Below, piece by piece: positions 28,650 to 40,685 of a stretch of 64,000 nucleotides of DNA (position 1 is its first letter; every line of letters starts with the position of its first letter). A program made the translations under genes and the position numbers. The stretch is from contig OZ024741.1 in assembly GCA_964016885.1 (NCBI GenBank), positions 305,226,001-305,290,000 of the forward strand, in the 5' to 3' direction. The notes below the pieces were generated by a model. It made no database searches and was not told the origin of the DNA. It worked only from the letters and a program-made list of their open reading frames with translations. This DNA is from Eledone cirrhosa (lineage: Eukaryota).

Positions 28650-28986
28650 GGAGGCACATGGCTTAGTGGTTAGAGCATTGGCCTTGCAATCGAAATATTG
28701 TGAGTTCAATTCTCAGACCGGGTAATGTGTTGTTTCCTTGAGCAAGACACTTTATTTCACATTGCTCCAGTTTACTCAGCTGTAGAAATGAGATGATAGG
28801 GACTGAGGTCCATATCATTCCACTGCAAAGTGGTCGTGGAGGTGCCACGGTAAAAAAAGCACCCAGCACTCACTGTAAATGAGGTTGGTGTTAGGAAGGG
28901 TATCCGGCTGTAGAAATCAAGCCAGAATCTGTTCCCGTCCCACCCTTGCAAGCAGGGAAAAGCAGACGTAAAATGATGATGATGAT
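28650..28986 (+). mobile_element. tRNA-derived SINE (octopus OR-like) with RTE-derived tail
   Basis: A box TGGCTTAGTGG, B box GAGTTCAATTC, CORE-like TCCTTGAGCAAGACACTT, RTE-like 3' end and (GAT)n. Confidence 0.85.
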
Positions 28987-29640
28987 ATATATATATAAAT
29001 ATAAATTAGCGAGAATCGCATTGCGGCTATTGGAAATTAGCGACAAACAACTTCCGAGATGTGTGGCAAGCGCTCCATAGAAACTAGTGAACTAGAGCAA
29101 CAATGTAAGTTAAAAGGCCAAACACACTGAGACGATAGTTAAACCATGATCCGCAAAGCCATAGAAACGACCAAGCTATTCGGGTCAAACAAATAATAAA
29201 ATATGATTGAAAATTATACCCGGACCCCTGGAAATGGTGATAAGATCCAATATGGGGTTTCTGCAACTCCTAAATCTGGTACTGTCTGCTTAAACAAATA
29301 ATGTTAAGCTTTTGGTATGATGATCGAACAAGGAAGTCACTTTTTCAACAGGCATTTAGTTCTATGCAAAGCTAAGGACTGACCGTTATCAAAACTCACG
29401 TGGGGTGTGACAAGCGAGACAACCCCTAGTCTTGGAGGATGAATTCAGTATGTGTGTAATTGCAAAATTGCAAAATATCACAAAATGAATTAAGCTCTCA
29501 ACAGAATAGTTTTAAAAATTAACAAGAGCTATTAATCAGTTAATATAATTAACTAAAAAAAAAATCAAAAAAATTAACTGGTTAATAGCTAGACTCTGGA
29601 GATTAATACTATATATATATATATGTACATATACATATAT

Positions 29641-30258
29641 GTCATGCAGACAAAGTTTCCAGCGACAACATTAGTTTTAGGTGTCGTCAGCAGTCAAGGT
29701 GACGTCATGTCACCTCACTTCTTCCCTGAGGGCCTCAAGCTGAACACCGATGGCTATATCCGCGTTCTGAGCGAGGTAGTAAAGCCCTGGATCAACCAGG
29801 TAGCTGCAAGTAGGCCGTATGTGTGGCAGCAAGACTCAGCGCCCTGCCATACCAGCCGAAAGACCCAAGCCTGGCTGTCAGATAACTTCGTCGACCACAC
29901 TTCACCTGACATCTGGCCTCCCAGCTCGCCTGACTGCAACCCCCTCGACTTCTTTGTATGGGGCGCAGTGGAACGAGACACCAACAGATCTAGCTGCAAT
30001 ACGAAAGACGATCTGAAGGCCAGGATCACAAGTGCCTTAGGGGCCTAAGTCGGGGGACAGTGATGAAGGCCTGTAGCCGGTTCCGAGGCCGCCTTGAGGC
30101 CATCATCAAAGCCAATGGCGAGTTTATCGAGTGAGATCGAAAGAACAAGTCATGAAGACAAACTGATCCAAGTTTGATAAATATATCTTAAAAAATAAAA
30201 CTACTGTGTTATTTTTTCCTAGACAGTAATCTTGCGAACAGATATCGTCCGCACCCTG
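29641..30258 (+). mobile_element. Tc1/mariner-superfamily DD37D (maT-type) transposon 3' fragment
   Basis: QQD-x37-D counted by hand (QQDSAPCH..WPPSSPDCNPLD). Frameshifted C-terminus runs to ~30134. Right end ..CACCCTG followed by TA. Confidence 0.85.
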
Positions 30259-30370
30259 TATATTACATATATATGTATATTAGATATATATGTATATTAC
30301 ATATATATATATATTACATATATATATATGTATATTACATATATATATATATAAATATATACATATATAT

Positions 30371-32197
30371 TGTTATACTTGGGGAGGGTCATATTTGTGT
30401 AATATTGCCAGAATTAATAACAGAACACACTCACTGTTTGGTTGGTTTTCGCTTTTCGCTTCTGTGTCTTTTATATCGGCAATCAAATTTATGCGGTCCT
30501 CAATGTTGCCATTGACTGACCAACGGTCAAAAATAATACAGATACAATATAGACACAAACACATATATATAGTTTATCAAAGTTCTTTCGTTGCACATCT
30601 GCAACATCGTCAGTGGTGCTATAGATTCCTCCCGTTGCATTGTATTTCTACGCCATCTTTATTTAGTCTGTTTATATATTTATTTATTTATTTGTTTGTT
30701 TGTTTATTTTATTTTGTCTTCTTTGCGCATGCGTTTGCGTGTGTGTATAGTGTTTTGTTTGATGTGTGTTCGTGGTTGGGTGACTGTGTATTGGTTAATA
30801 TGTTCTATGTTTACTAGTGTGTGTTTATATGTGTTTGTTGTTATTGTGCTTGTGTATGTATTTATTTATTTATCTATTTATTTATACTTCTCTTAGGTCA
30901 GTGTTGTTTGTTTGGGTGTTGTTATTCCATTCATTCTTTCTGTTTAGTCTTGGCCTTCTAAGTTCTATTTCACTGGCCTCTCTGATTTGCCTATCTGCTG
31001 GGTCATTTCTATGTTTAGATATTATTCTAATTTCTATGTTGTCTATGTTACCATCGTGTTGTTGTCTGGCATGTTCGTATAGTACTGACTCGTTTTTTCG
31101 TCCTTTTAGTTCCCCCCAGTGTTGGTCTATCCTTTCACCTATGCTACGAGCTGTTTCGCCTATGTATGTTGTTGTCATGTTTCTGCAAGTCCCCTCTGTA
31201 CATCTTATGCTATAGACTACGTTTCTAGTTTTACAGTTTATCCGGGGGTTTACCTTACATATGATACACTTCCTATTAGTACAGTGGGTTTTCTTAAAAG
31301 GGTAGGTTTTGCTGATCAGGGATTTTATGGTGGTTCCTGGCTTTTCTACCACCTTAATCTTTAAGTGGGTCTTTCTCAGGGCCTTTCTACACTGGTTAGC
31401 TAATTTCCCTCCAGGGGTAGCGTCCACAAACATGACACTCTGGTATCTCTGGTTGTCGTACCATGAGGTGGCTTTCCCTATCTTATGTCTAGCCCTATCT
31501 AAGCTATTCCAGGATTTGCTCCTGTATAATTCCTTTCATGTCCAGTTCTATGAGGGTCTTATACTTCTCCATGGCTCCTTCGTATACTCTGATTCTGTCT
31601 CTTTGGTTGTAGCCAGAGAACTGCATGCGGTTGATGAAGTGTTGGATGTGTCTTTCCATTTCTGTTGGGTCGCACATGCGGGACACATTCTTCATCACTC
31701 GTACCAAATCTGCGATCAGAATATTAAACTTAGCACTACTGGACATTGCTGAGTTTTTGAGTATCAGGTATTTGGAGGCCATGGGTTTAGCATAGTGTGA
31801 GTGGAGAATTTGGGCTCTCTCGTCTATAGTGTTAATCCAGAGTTCTGTGTCTAATACAGGTAGTCTATTGTTAGGGTGTTTGGAAGGGTAGTCGATAGTT
31901 ACAGTTATACTCTGGTGTATGGAATTAGCTATCTGCTGGATGCTTTCCATTGTGCTACATTCTAAATCAAACTTGTTAGTGCTCTCTAGTGGGGATGTTC
32001 TTATAACTATATTGATATCATCTACATAACGAGAGTACATGATGAGGTCTATGGAGCTCTCATTACGGAGATCTTTAAGTCTCCTTTCCCACTATACCAT
32101 AAAAAGGTTGGCAACATCACCAGCTATGCTGACGCCAATGGCTGCTCCCTCATTTTGGGTGTAGATCTTCTCATTGAACTTGAATATGTGGCCCTTT
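30371..32197 (-). mobile_element. Degenerate PLE of a second clade (Nematis/Neptune-like): RT and GIY-YIG fragments plus 3' region
   Basis: YSRYVDDI, LPVLDTELW, FVDATPGGKLA, CKTRNVVYSIRC..YIGETARSIGERI..H. ORFs 31504-32040 and 30882-31433. Confidence 0.88.
30575..30618 (-). ncRNA. Minimal hammerhead (family 7), partly decayed
   Basis: CACCA-CUGACGA-UGUUGCA GAUG UGCAAC-GAAA-GAAC-UU/UGAUA. Confidence 0.65.
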
Positions 32198-32315
32198 ATA
32201 AATATATATATATATATTACATATATATATATATATATATTACATATATATATATATATATATTACATATATATATATATATTACATATATATATATGTA
32301 ATATATATATATTAC

Positions 32316-32346
<31 letters not shown>

Positions 32347-32369
32347 ATGTACATACATATATACATAAT

Positions 32370-32402
<33 letters not shown>

Positions 32403-33068
32403 GCAATGAATTTGTACATATATATATATATATATAGTTATATTTGGAGATGGTCATGTTGTCAATATTACCAATATTCTTTGGAATCCTTTGAGCTTCT
32501 CCTACAGGTGATAGGGTGCATGTTTGAGCTTTTCTCAAACATAACATCTATACTTTTGAATGTAATATAAATTTGCTCCTTAATATCTTTTAGTAGAGCT
32601 TTACACTGTTGAAAGGTTTGGCTGTTATTTCTAGCTGCAGATAAGCCTATTCACATCACTGAGACTGATAGAGTGCATTGGTTCTTCCAAAAACCATGTG
32701 GTTCTCCCATTTGTCTCTGTTCTGTATCTCATGCGTGATAGATTGATTTCCTTCACTGATGATCCTTGACTAACTATTGAACTGCTAGTTTCCTTGTGTT
32801 TCAGGTAGTAGTTAGATGTTCAACTTCCTTTAAATTTGCGTCTGCGCAAAACTGTGGAGGGGAATTAAAGCTCACAAGGGAATGAGTGAAGGCTTCAAGA
32901 ACATCATCTTTGTCCGTTCCTTTGTCATTTTAATTTGGATTGCCTCGAAAATGTACCCTTATTCTGTAAGAAGCTGTCTGATGAGATCATGGCACTGGTT
33001 AGGCAGAATCATGTGGCCACTATTGTCATTGAAATATGTATCACAGCCTTATCAATAATATATATATA

Positions 33069-36000
33069 CATCATCATCATCATCATCATCACCGTTTTAC
33101 GTCCGTTCTTCCACGCTAGCATGGGTTAGACGGGTTGTCCTGTTGTGGGCAGTGTCTGGTCGGCTGACCATGCCTTGCTCATACAGGAACTGATCTGGCT
33201 TGATTTCTACAGCTGGATGCCCTTCCTAACACCAACCTCATTTACAGTGAGTGCTGGGTGCTTTTTCGTGGCGCCTACACGTCCACTTTACAGTGTGGGC
33301 TGGGTGCTTTTTTGCCGTGGCACCTCCACGACCACCTTGCGGTGGGGGGGGGGGGGGGGCATATTGTTTATATGCTTCAGCATGTACCCATGGGAGGTCG
33401 GGTACCCTGTATTACTGCGTGACGCCAGAAGTCACGGTCGTGTGTCATTGACTTTGAGAGGTGTAGTTGGGTAAGGTCGGCTTTTATCACCTCATCCCAA
33501 GTCATCTTGGGTCTCCCCACTCCGCGGTTTCCATCAACTTCTAGTGCTCTGCACCTTTTTATGCAGCTGTCATCCTTCATACGCATCACATGTCCATACC
33601 AGCGTAACCGCCTCTCCTGCACGCAGCATTTGATTCCTCTTATGCTCAGTCTCTCTCTCAATTCATTTATGCTTTGTTGTTCACGTATATTACTGTTACA
33701 CATCCATCGGAGCATGCAGGCTTCGTTTCTCTCTAATCTACGTAAGTCTTCCACCTTCAGCGCCCAGGTCTCACTACCATGCAACATCGCTGTTCGGATA
33801 CACGCATCATACAGTCTGCCTTTCATTCTGAGGGAGAAGCCTTTTGCAGCTAGCAGTGGTAGTAGTTCCCTAAACTTCTTCCATCCCGTTCTTACCCTAG
33901 TTATTGTACTTTCTGAGCACCCACCTCCGTTGCTAATTCGGTCACCTAGGTAGCAGAAGCTGTCTACTGTTTCTACAGGGCCCTCCCAGAGATTGGTGGT
34001 ACTTGTTTCCTGTGGCTGTTTGCTTGCTGTTTCAGCACAGCTGCTGCATGTGAATCCTACATTCTTAATTAAGCTTCCTGAGATCCCGCTACATCTCTTG
34101 TGTACCCATTGTTTGCATTTGGGGCAAAGAATGGAGTTCCTACCTACACCTTTCCTACATACTGAGCAAGGCCATTTCCCTGAGGGGATCTGGGTTCTGT
34201 TTTCTCGTCTACTTATAAGGACCTTAGTCTTTGTCATGTTGACTTTGAGGCCCTTTCTCTCTAGTCCCTGCTTCCAGGTTTGGAATTTATTCTCTAGTTC
34301 TACCATAGATTCAGCTATGAGTGCGAGGTCATCAGCATACAGGAGTTCCCATGGGCATCCGGTCTTAAACTCCTCCGTTATTGCCTGCAGGACTATGATG
34401 AACAGGAGAGGGCTAAGAACAGAGCCCTGGTGGACCCCAACCTGTACGCTAAATTCCTCGCTATACTCATTGCCAATCCTAACTTTGCTGACTGCTCCCC
34501 TATACATGGCTTGTACCGCTTTCACAAGCCATTCATCTACTCCTAGTTTTCTAAGAGCCCACCAGATTACTGCACGTGGAACTCTGTCAAAGGCTTTCTC
34601 AAGGTCGACAAATGCCAAGTAGAGTGGCTTACTTTTAGCTAGGTACTTTTCCTGTAATTGCCTCACAAGGAAGAGCGCATCAGTGGTGCCTTTCCCTGGT
34701 ACAAACCCAAATTGCATCTCGTCTATATTCACCCGGTCCCTAATCAGCTGTGCTATAACTCTTTCTGTTACTTTCATGACCTGGTCCATCAACTTTATAC
34801 CTCTATAGTTTCCTCTATCTAGTGCATCGCCTTTACCTTTGTAGCAGTTGACAATGATGCTACTGCACCAATCTTTTGGTATGGCCCCCTCTAGTATTAC
34901 CTGGTTAACGATACGTGTGGTTATAGTGTGACCTACAGACCCAGATGCCTTCAGCATCTCGGCAGCTATACCCGATGGACCGGTTGCCTTCCCTATCTTC
35001 ATATCTCTGATTGCCTTACTTACTACGCTGCCGCTGACTTGTACTGCTGGTCCCTCTATAGGGTCTACGTGGGGTAGGGTCTCTTCTTCCCATGCATTCT
35101 CCTCATTTAGTAATCTATCATAATGACTCTTCCATGCATCTTTCTTCTCAGCACTTGTGAGGGCAAGCTCACCTTTATCATTCCGGATACACTTCTCTCC
35201 AATGACATCACAACTATCTCTGACACACTGCCTCGCAATCTTGAATACCTCCTGTTTCTGGTCCTCACGTTGTAAAACATGCTTGAATTTTCTATCCTCT
35301 GCTTCCCTTCTAGCTAAGTATACTTGTCGCCTAGCTTCCCTCTTGGTCTCTATGTAATGTACCCTGCTCCCCCCGTTCTTCCATTCTTTCCATGCCTGTC
35401 TCTTGGCCTTGACTGCTTCATCTACCTTATTGTTCCACCACCAAGTCACTCTCCTCCTGCTTGAGGTCTTACTCCAGCCACAAACCTCATCCGTCGCCTC
35501 TAGTAAGTTATTTTTTAGGAACTCCCAGTTCTCTTCTACGTTAAATGTCTCTATCTGTTCTTCTTTACTGTCGTAGGCGTTGAGTAAAATATCTTTAAAT
35601 CTGTTACTGGTTGAGGGGACTTTCAGCTTCCAGATCTTTCTTCTCCAGGTTGGCCCCTGTTTCAGGGCTCGTCTAGTTCTGACCGTGAGGTCGCTGACAA
35701 CTAAGCTATGTTGGGATGTACATTCCTCACTAGGGAAGGCTTTTGTGTTTACGACCGTCCATCTGTCACGTCCTCTGATGAGGATAAAATCTAACTGACT
35801 AGAGTGCTCCCCTGATCTATAGGTGATCAGGTGGTTGTCGGGTTTTTTAAAGTTTGTGTTACATATCGACATGTCATTGGCGTCGCAGAATTCTAGAAGT
35901 CTGAATCCTTCCTCATTCCTTGTGCCAACTCCATGGCCTCCATGTACTCTATTGAAGCCGTCGCAGTGTTTACCTACGTGTCCGTTAAAATCTCCTGCAA

Positions 36001-36160
36001 TGATTAGGAAGTCCTTGTCGTCTGTTAGAGCAGTAGTGTGTATTAGGGACTCGTAAAACCTATCCTTAAGTTCGTCTGGCAGCCCCGATTGGGGTGCGTA
36101 AGCTGATATTATTGTGGTAATTGTCTTATTCAGGACTAGTCTGAGTTTAATGATTCTTGC
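33069..36160 (-). mobile_element. RTE LINE, ~3.1 kb, truncated within the AP endonuclease
   Basis: (ATC)n tail at ~33069-33090, 3' UTR and long ORF. Confidence 0.96.
33377..36157 (-). CDS. RTE LINE polyprotein: partial AP endonuclease, RT, PHD-like Cys/His finger; frame open but no 5' end
   Basis: 831 aa ORF (AFVDLEKAFDRV, GVHQGSVLSP, YADD). Manual translation upstream of 35872 stays open: ..IISAYAPQ..IIAGDFNGHVG..RNEEGFRLLEFC. Confidence 0.92.
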   Translation of the reverse strand, partial: RIIKLRLVLNKTITTIISAYAPQSGLPDELKDRFYESLIHTTALTDDKDFLIIAGDFNGHVGKHCDGFNRVHGGHGVGTRNEEGFRLLEFCDANDMSICNTNFKKPDNHLITYRSGEHSSQLDFILIRGRDRWTVVNTKAFPSEECTSQHSLVVSDLTVRTRRALKQGPTWRRKIWKLKVPSTSNRFKDILLNAYDSKEEQIETFNVEENWEFLKNNLLEATDEVCGWSKTSSRRRVTWWWNNKVDEAVKAKRQAWKEWKNGGSRVHYIETKREARRQVYLARREAEDRKFKHVLQREDQKQEVFKIARQCVRDSCDVIGEKCIRNDKGELALTSAEKKDAWKSHYDRLLNEENAWEEETLPHVDPIEGPAVQVSGSVVSKAIRDMKIGKATGPSGIAAEMLKASGSVGHTITTRIVNQVILEGAIPKDWCSSIIVNCYKGKGDALDRGNYRGIKLMDQVMKVTERVIAQLIRDRVNIDEMQFGFVPGKGTTDALFLVRQLQEKYLAKSKPLYLAFVDLEKAFDRVPRAVIWWALRKLGVDEWLVKAVQAMYRGAVSKVRIGNEYSEEFSVQVGVHQGSVLSPLLFIIVLQAITEEFKTGCPWELLYADDLALIAESMVELENKFQTWKQGLERKGLKVNMTKTKVLISRRENRTQIPSGKWPCSVCRKGVGRNSILCPKCKQWVHKRCSGISGSLIKNVGFTCSSCAETASKQPQETSTTNLWEGPVETVDSFCYLGDRISNGGGCSESTITRVRTGWKKFRELLPLLAAKGFSLRMKGRLYDACIRTAMLHGSETWALKVEDLRRLERNEACMLRWMCNSNIREQQSINELRERLSIRGIKCCVQERRLRWYGHVMRMKDDSCIKRCRALEVDGNRGVGRPKMTWDEVIKADLTQLHLSKSMTHDRDFWRHAVIQGTRPPMGTC

Positions 36161-36229
36161 TATACATAGATATACATATATATGTATGTATATCTATATA
36201 TATATATATATGTATATGTATATGTATAT

Positions 36230-37558
36230 TGTGCCTGGGAAAAATACAGCAGATGCCCTCTTCTTAGTGAGACAACTTCAAGAGAGCTTCTTAGAGAAGA
36301 ATAAACCACTATATTTAGTTTTTGTTGACATAGAGCTAGAGAAGGCCTTTGATAGAGTACCCCGATCTGTCATCTGGTGGTCCCTAAGGAAACTAGGTAT
36401 AGAGGAATGGCTTGTGAGGACAGTGCAAGCTATATTTCAAAGGAGCTGTCAGTAAAGTGAGAGTAGGAATGGAGTTTAGTGAGGAATTCCAGATACAAGT
36501 AGAAGTTCATCAGGGTTCCATCCTCAGCCAACTCTTATTCATTATAGTTCTGCAAACCATAACAGAGGCGTTTAAGACTGGCTGTCCATGGGAACTTTTC
36601 TATGCTGATGATCTGGTGCTTATAGCAGAATCAGTAGAGGAGCTAGAGAATAAATTCAGGCTGTGGAAACAGCAGTTGGAATCAAGGGGTCTGAGAGTGA
36701 ACCTAGCAAAGACTAAAGTATTGATGAGTAGGAAAGAGATCAAGACTCTGATTCCATTAAGGAAATGGCCATGCTAGATATGTAGAAAAGGAGTTGGTAT
36801 AAACCCTATAGAATGTACACACTGCAGATCTTGGGTACACAAGAGATGTAGTGGGATAGCAGGCAAACTAACAGGAAAGGAAAACTTCATATGTAGTAGA
36901 TATTCAGGGAAAATTGATAGTAGAAGTGTCAGTGATAGGCACATTTTTCAAACACAGGTAGGATCTATAGAAGTGGTTGATAGCTTCTGATATCTAGGTG
37001 ATCAGATTAGCAAGGGAGGAGGATGCTTCAAGGCCATAGTATCTAGAATAAGGACAGGATGAAAGAAGTTTAGGAAGCTGCTTCCTCTGTTGACAACAAA
37101 GGGTTTCTACCTACAAACAAAAGGTCAGTTGTATGGTGCCTGCGCGATGATGCATGGTAGTGAGATATGGGCAGCAACTGCAGAAGATATGCTACAGCTG
37201 GAGAGAAATGAAGTCTGCATGCTCCAATGGATGTGCAATGTCAATGTGCGTGAACGACTAAGCATAGACAAGTTGAGGGTGAAACTGTGTATAAGAGGAA
37301 TAAACTATAGTGTGCAGGAGAGAAGACTGTGTTGGTATGGGCATGTGATGTGCATGGAAGATGACTGCTGGGTGAAGAAGTGCCAAGAAATGCCGGTGGA
37401 AGGAAGACGCAGTAGAGGATGACCATGAAAGACATGAGCAGAGCTGGTGAGAGCTGACCTCAGATCGCTGAGGGACCATGATGAATGGAGAGATGCTGTG
37501 CTGAAGAGGACCCGTCCCACTCTTGCAAGCAAGGAAAAGCAGATGTAAAATGATGATA
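36230..37558 (+). mobile_element. Older degenerate RTE LINE (stops and frameshifts)
   Basis: ORF pieces 36114-36455, 36457-36777 and 37090-37422 with RT motifs. (GAT)n tail. Confidence 0.92.
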
Positions 37559-37861
37559 ATATGTGTGTGTGTATATATATGAGTATGTGTATGTCTGTCT
37601 ATATATATGTAGGTATATATGTGTCTTACTTGGGTGGTAGGCTTAACTCTTTTGATATCAAACTGCCCTGGATAAAACAGTTAATTGTGAAATGTTTATC
37701 TTTATACTAAAACCTTCTATCATAATCTTATTTTAGAAATTTTTGTTAAATAATGTTCTAAATATCAGTTTTGTTATTTCATGAAATTCCTCCAAACTTT
37801 TGGTTATTTTCAAATTTAATTTCAGTTAATTTTGAAAATAACTAAAAGTTTCATGAACTAA

Positions 37862-37968
37862 TTGTTTCTACTTTAGGCAAAGAGGCCAGTAATTTTGAGA
37901 ACGTAAAGGGCCGTAACTCTATGCCGCAAAGCATATTGTCCAATGCTCTTCAGATACTGCCAGTTCAC
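37862..37968 (-). mobile_element. Internally deleted OK-like SINE
   Basis: Both ends match 24161-24345. Confidence 0.6.
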
Positions 37969-39113
37969 TAAAACTGATATTTAGAACATTGGTGTATTTT
38001 AATAAAAATACACTAATGACAAGGTTAATCTGTCACCTGTTTTAACACCACCGTCTGACCCTTGGGTCTCTTTAGTGGAGTGTCTCTAACTTGAGGATAC
38101 CTTCCTTCCACCCCTCACATAGGCCCTGAAAAAAATATGGGCACTACTCTTCCCTCCTTCACTAAACAGTAAAAAAAAAGAATTCCTAACTCTGATATAG
38201 GTTATGTGACATTTCGTACAAGTTGTCACAACAAATTAACGAAACGATGCTGTATTTAATCTTTCTTTATATAAATGTGATTTGTCTGTGTGTGTGTTTG
38301 TCTGTGTGCTTCCATATTTAATAATATAACTAATTTTCACATTATTTATTTGGTGTTTGAAACACAACTTAATGCAGGTTCTTGCAGTTTGTTGTTAAAC
38401 CTTTATTGAGTGAAATTCTAATGTAATTTACAGTGGATTTCATTTAAGAGAGGTGAAGCATGAATTTCACCTCAGAATGTCAACAACGTGTGCTAGAAAT
38501 AGCAGTCAAAGTTTCCTTGAATTAGTACCTATTCTTTGAAGTATGTATGTATTAAGGAGCTGCATTCTTTATCTAAGAATCCCATTCAATCATACTTTGA
38601 TCTAGATGGGTTGATATATGTCCTGTAGTTCCAAAATTAGGAATGAAACTGAACATTATTTGGGTTACTGGATCTGTAAATTCCTCATCAATAGTCCAAA
38701 GATATCCTTCTCTTGTATTATTTTTATCACACTGATGTTAAGTGGGCAGCTGACTTTCACAACACAGCATGTTTTATTCTGTGGTCCCAAACAACAATAT
38801 TGGGCTAGCAAGGTTTTAATTTAGTGGCAGTTTTTATTTCTAGGTTCCACAAATATTCTTTTCAGCCATCATTTTTAATATACTCATCTCTATTTCACCA
38901 TTCAATGTATGCCATCATGGAAAACAGACGTAAAATGGTGGTAATGATGATGATAACATATGTATTCCAAATTACTTTGATTATCACATCATATCTCATG
39001 GGAAAGTAGTAAGAAGACATTTTTTCACATTTGGCAATGTGACTAACATCTTTGGTCTTTGTTTTGCACAACATATATTTGTTAGTCAATAATCTGTCTC
39101 TTTTGTGCTGTAG

Positions 39114-39152
39114 GTACTTGGTGAGGATTTCTTGCTCCTGGATTGCATGGAG
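39114..39152 (+). CDS. Possible 39 nt host micro-exon (VLGEDFLLLDCME)
   Basis: Pyrimidine tract plus TAG acceptor, GAG|GTAACC donor, open phase-0 frame, non-repetitive context. No homology recognised. Confidence 0.35.
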
Positions 39153-39340
39153 GTAACCTTATCAGAATTCTTTGCAGTATGGGCGATTACGGTATGGGCG
39201 ATTATGGGTGATTACAGTATGGGCAATTCTCTATATTCTGCGTGAACTAGTCTTTTTTTTCTTTTGATTTGGTCGCAGTATTTCAATGTTCCTTGGAGAG
39301 AAATCATGTTCATTGGCTATCCTAATAATGGTTTTTTATA

Positions 39341-39542
39341 TAGGCACAAGGCCAGCAATTTGGGGGGAAGGGAAAGTCGATTACATTGACCCCAGTGAGT
39401 TACTGGTACTTTATTTTATTGACCCCATAAGGATGAAAGGTAAAACTAACCTTAGCAGGATTTGAACTCAGAACATAATGAGCCATAACTATATGTCGCA
39501 AAGTATGTTGTCTGACGCTCTATCGATACTGCCAATCCACTT
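39341..39542 (-). mobile_element. OK-like SINE
   Basis: Homologous to 24161-24345. Confidence 0.8.
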
Positions 39543-39616
39543 CCCTACATGGTTATCCTAATAATATTGTTATTTTTATGACTGCAAAACTTGGTGCCAA
39601 CTTAGTGTGTACTTAG

Positions 39617-39853
39617 TCAGTTGCTGGGCAGCTTTCTTTTTTGATGCTTTTCTTCAGCTGCTGCCTTCTTTCCCTCCTCAAAGCTGGCTGCAGCTGTTTT
39701 GATGGGTGCTCTCCATTTCTCCCTGTCTTCTGCCAGGTTTTCCCATTCCCTGTGATCAATATTGCCTTGGACCAGCTGCCGCTTGAGTTGGTCCTTGAAG
39801 TGTTTTTTTATTTTTTTATGTAGTTCGCTGTAGAAAACTGTCTTTGGCATCCT
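39617..39853 (-). mobile_element. RTE-BovB-type LINE C-terminal fragment
   Basis: RMPKTVFYSEL..FKDQLK..WENLAEDREKWR. Confidence 0.75.
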
Positions 39854-40685
39854 AGATGTATGTATGTATGCATGTATGAACCAACAAGAATACATATGTA
39901 TGTATGTGTGCATGTATGAACCAACTAGAATACATATGTATGAACCAAAAAGACAGATATCTATGTGGTAACACAGCCTGCTAGAAATAGCAGACAAATA
40001 TCCCTTAAATCACTCCCTACACATTTATGCATGTATATATGTATATATGAATCAATGAAGATGACTCTACATCATACATCAACCAGCAAGAAATAGTCAA
40101 AACACATTCAAAACGTACCCCACATGTTTTATATTTGTATATGCTTGTATGAATCAACGAGGAAGCCTCTACATGGTATTTCAGAATGCTAAAAATAGTA
40201 GCCAATTACTCTTGAATCTCACACATTTTTGTTTTCTCTAACTTTGAGGCAGTATCATGGCAATGGCATCTGATTTAGTCGTGGATACAAATACATGAAA
40301 CAGAAAATTTGACCCATTTCTAGTTTACCTCTTCAGAAATATTTATAGAAAAATGTAGTTTAATAGAAAAACGATGACATCCGTGGGAACACATTTCAGC
40401 CAGTTTGAAAAATCATGTGAGTGAGAAATAACAGAAAGGAGAAGATAGAGGGAATGGTGCTATCAGAGATTATGGCAGAGGGAGTGAACAAAGGGGAGAT
40501 GGAATGAGTGAGAAATAACTGGGAGTGGGGTGCCAGAAGTTATGCAGTATTTAGCAGTGAAATTATATTGCATGGCAAAGACATGGGGTGGGGCATAGAA
40601 ATAATTATAATGAATAAATGCTTTATGTAAAAACATCTTTCGTAGTGTTATTCTTATATATATATATATATATATATACAAGTGG

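Noticed and set aside
28650-28730. tRNA genes at SINE heads
   Set aside because: A and B boxes are present but no complete cloverleaf is evident, and they continue into SINE bodies.
29000-29600. TA-flanked unique-looking segment
   Set aside because: No ORF, repeat structure or ribozyme core found by eye; left unannotated.
32806-33060. Acceptor-like TTTCAG and 64 aa ORF at 32935
   Set aside because: No convincing donor or open exon frame, and no recognisable homology.
33507-36056. Plus-strand ORFs over the RTE, and similar antisense ORFs over PLEs
   Set aside because: Antisense shadows of the TE reading frames.
37644-38027. Possible TTAA-flanked MITE with internal inverted repeat; hAT-like ends at ~46020-46038 and ~47280-47292
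   Set aside because: Termini are too degenerate or unpaired to define elements by eye.
39177-39229. Short 15 bp tandem repeat (GTATGGGCGATTAC), and ~40 bp repeats at 39855-39950
   Set aside because: Ordinary local slippage duplications.
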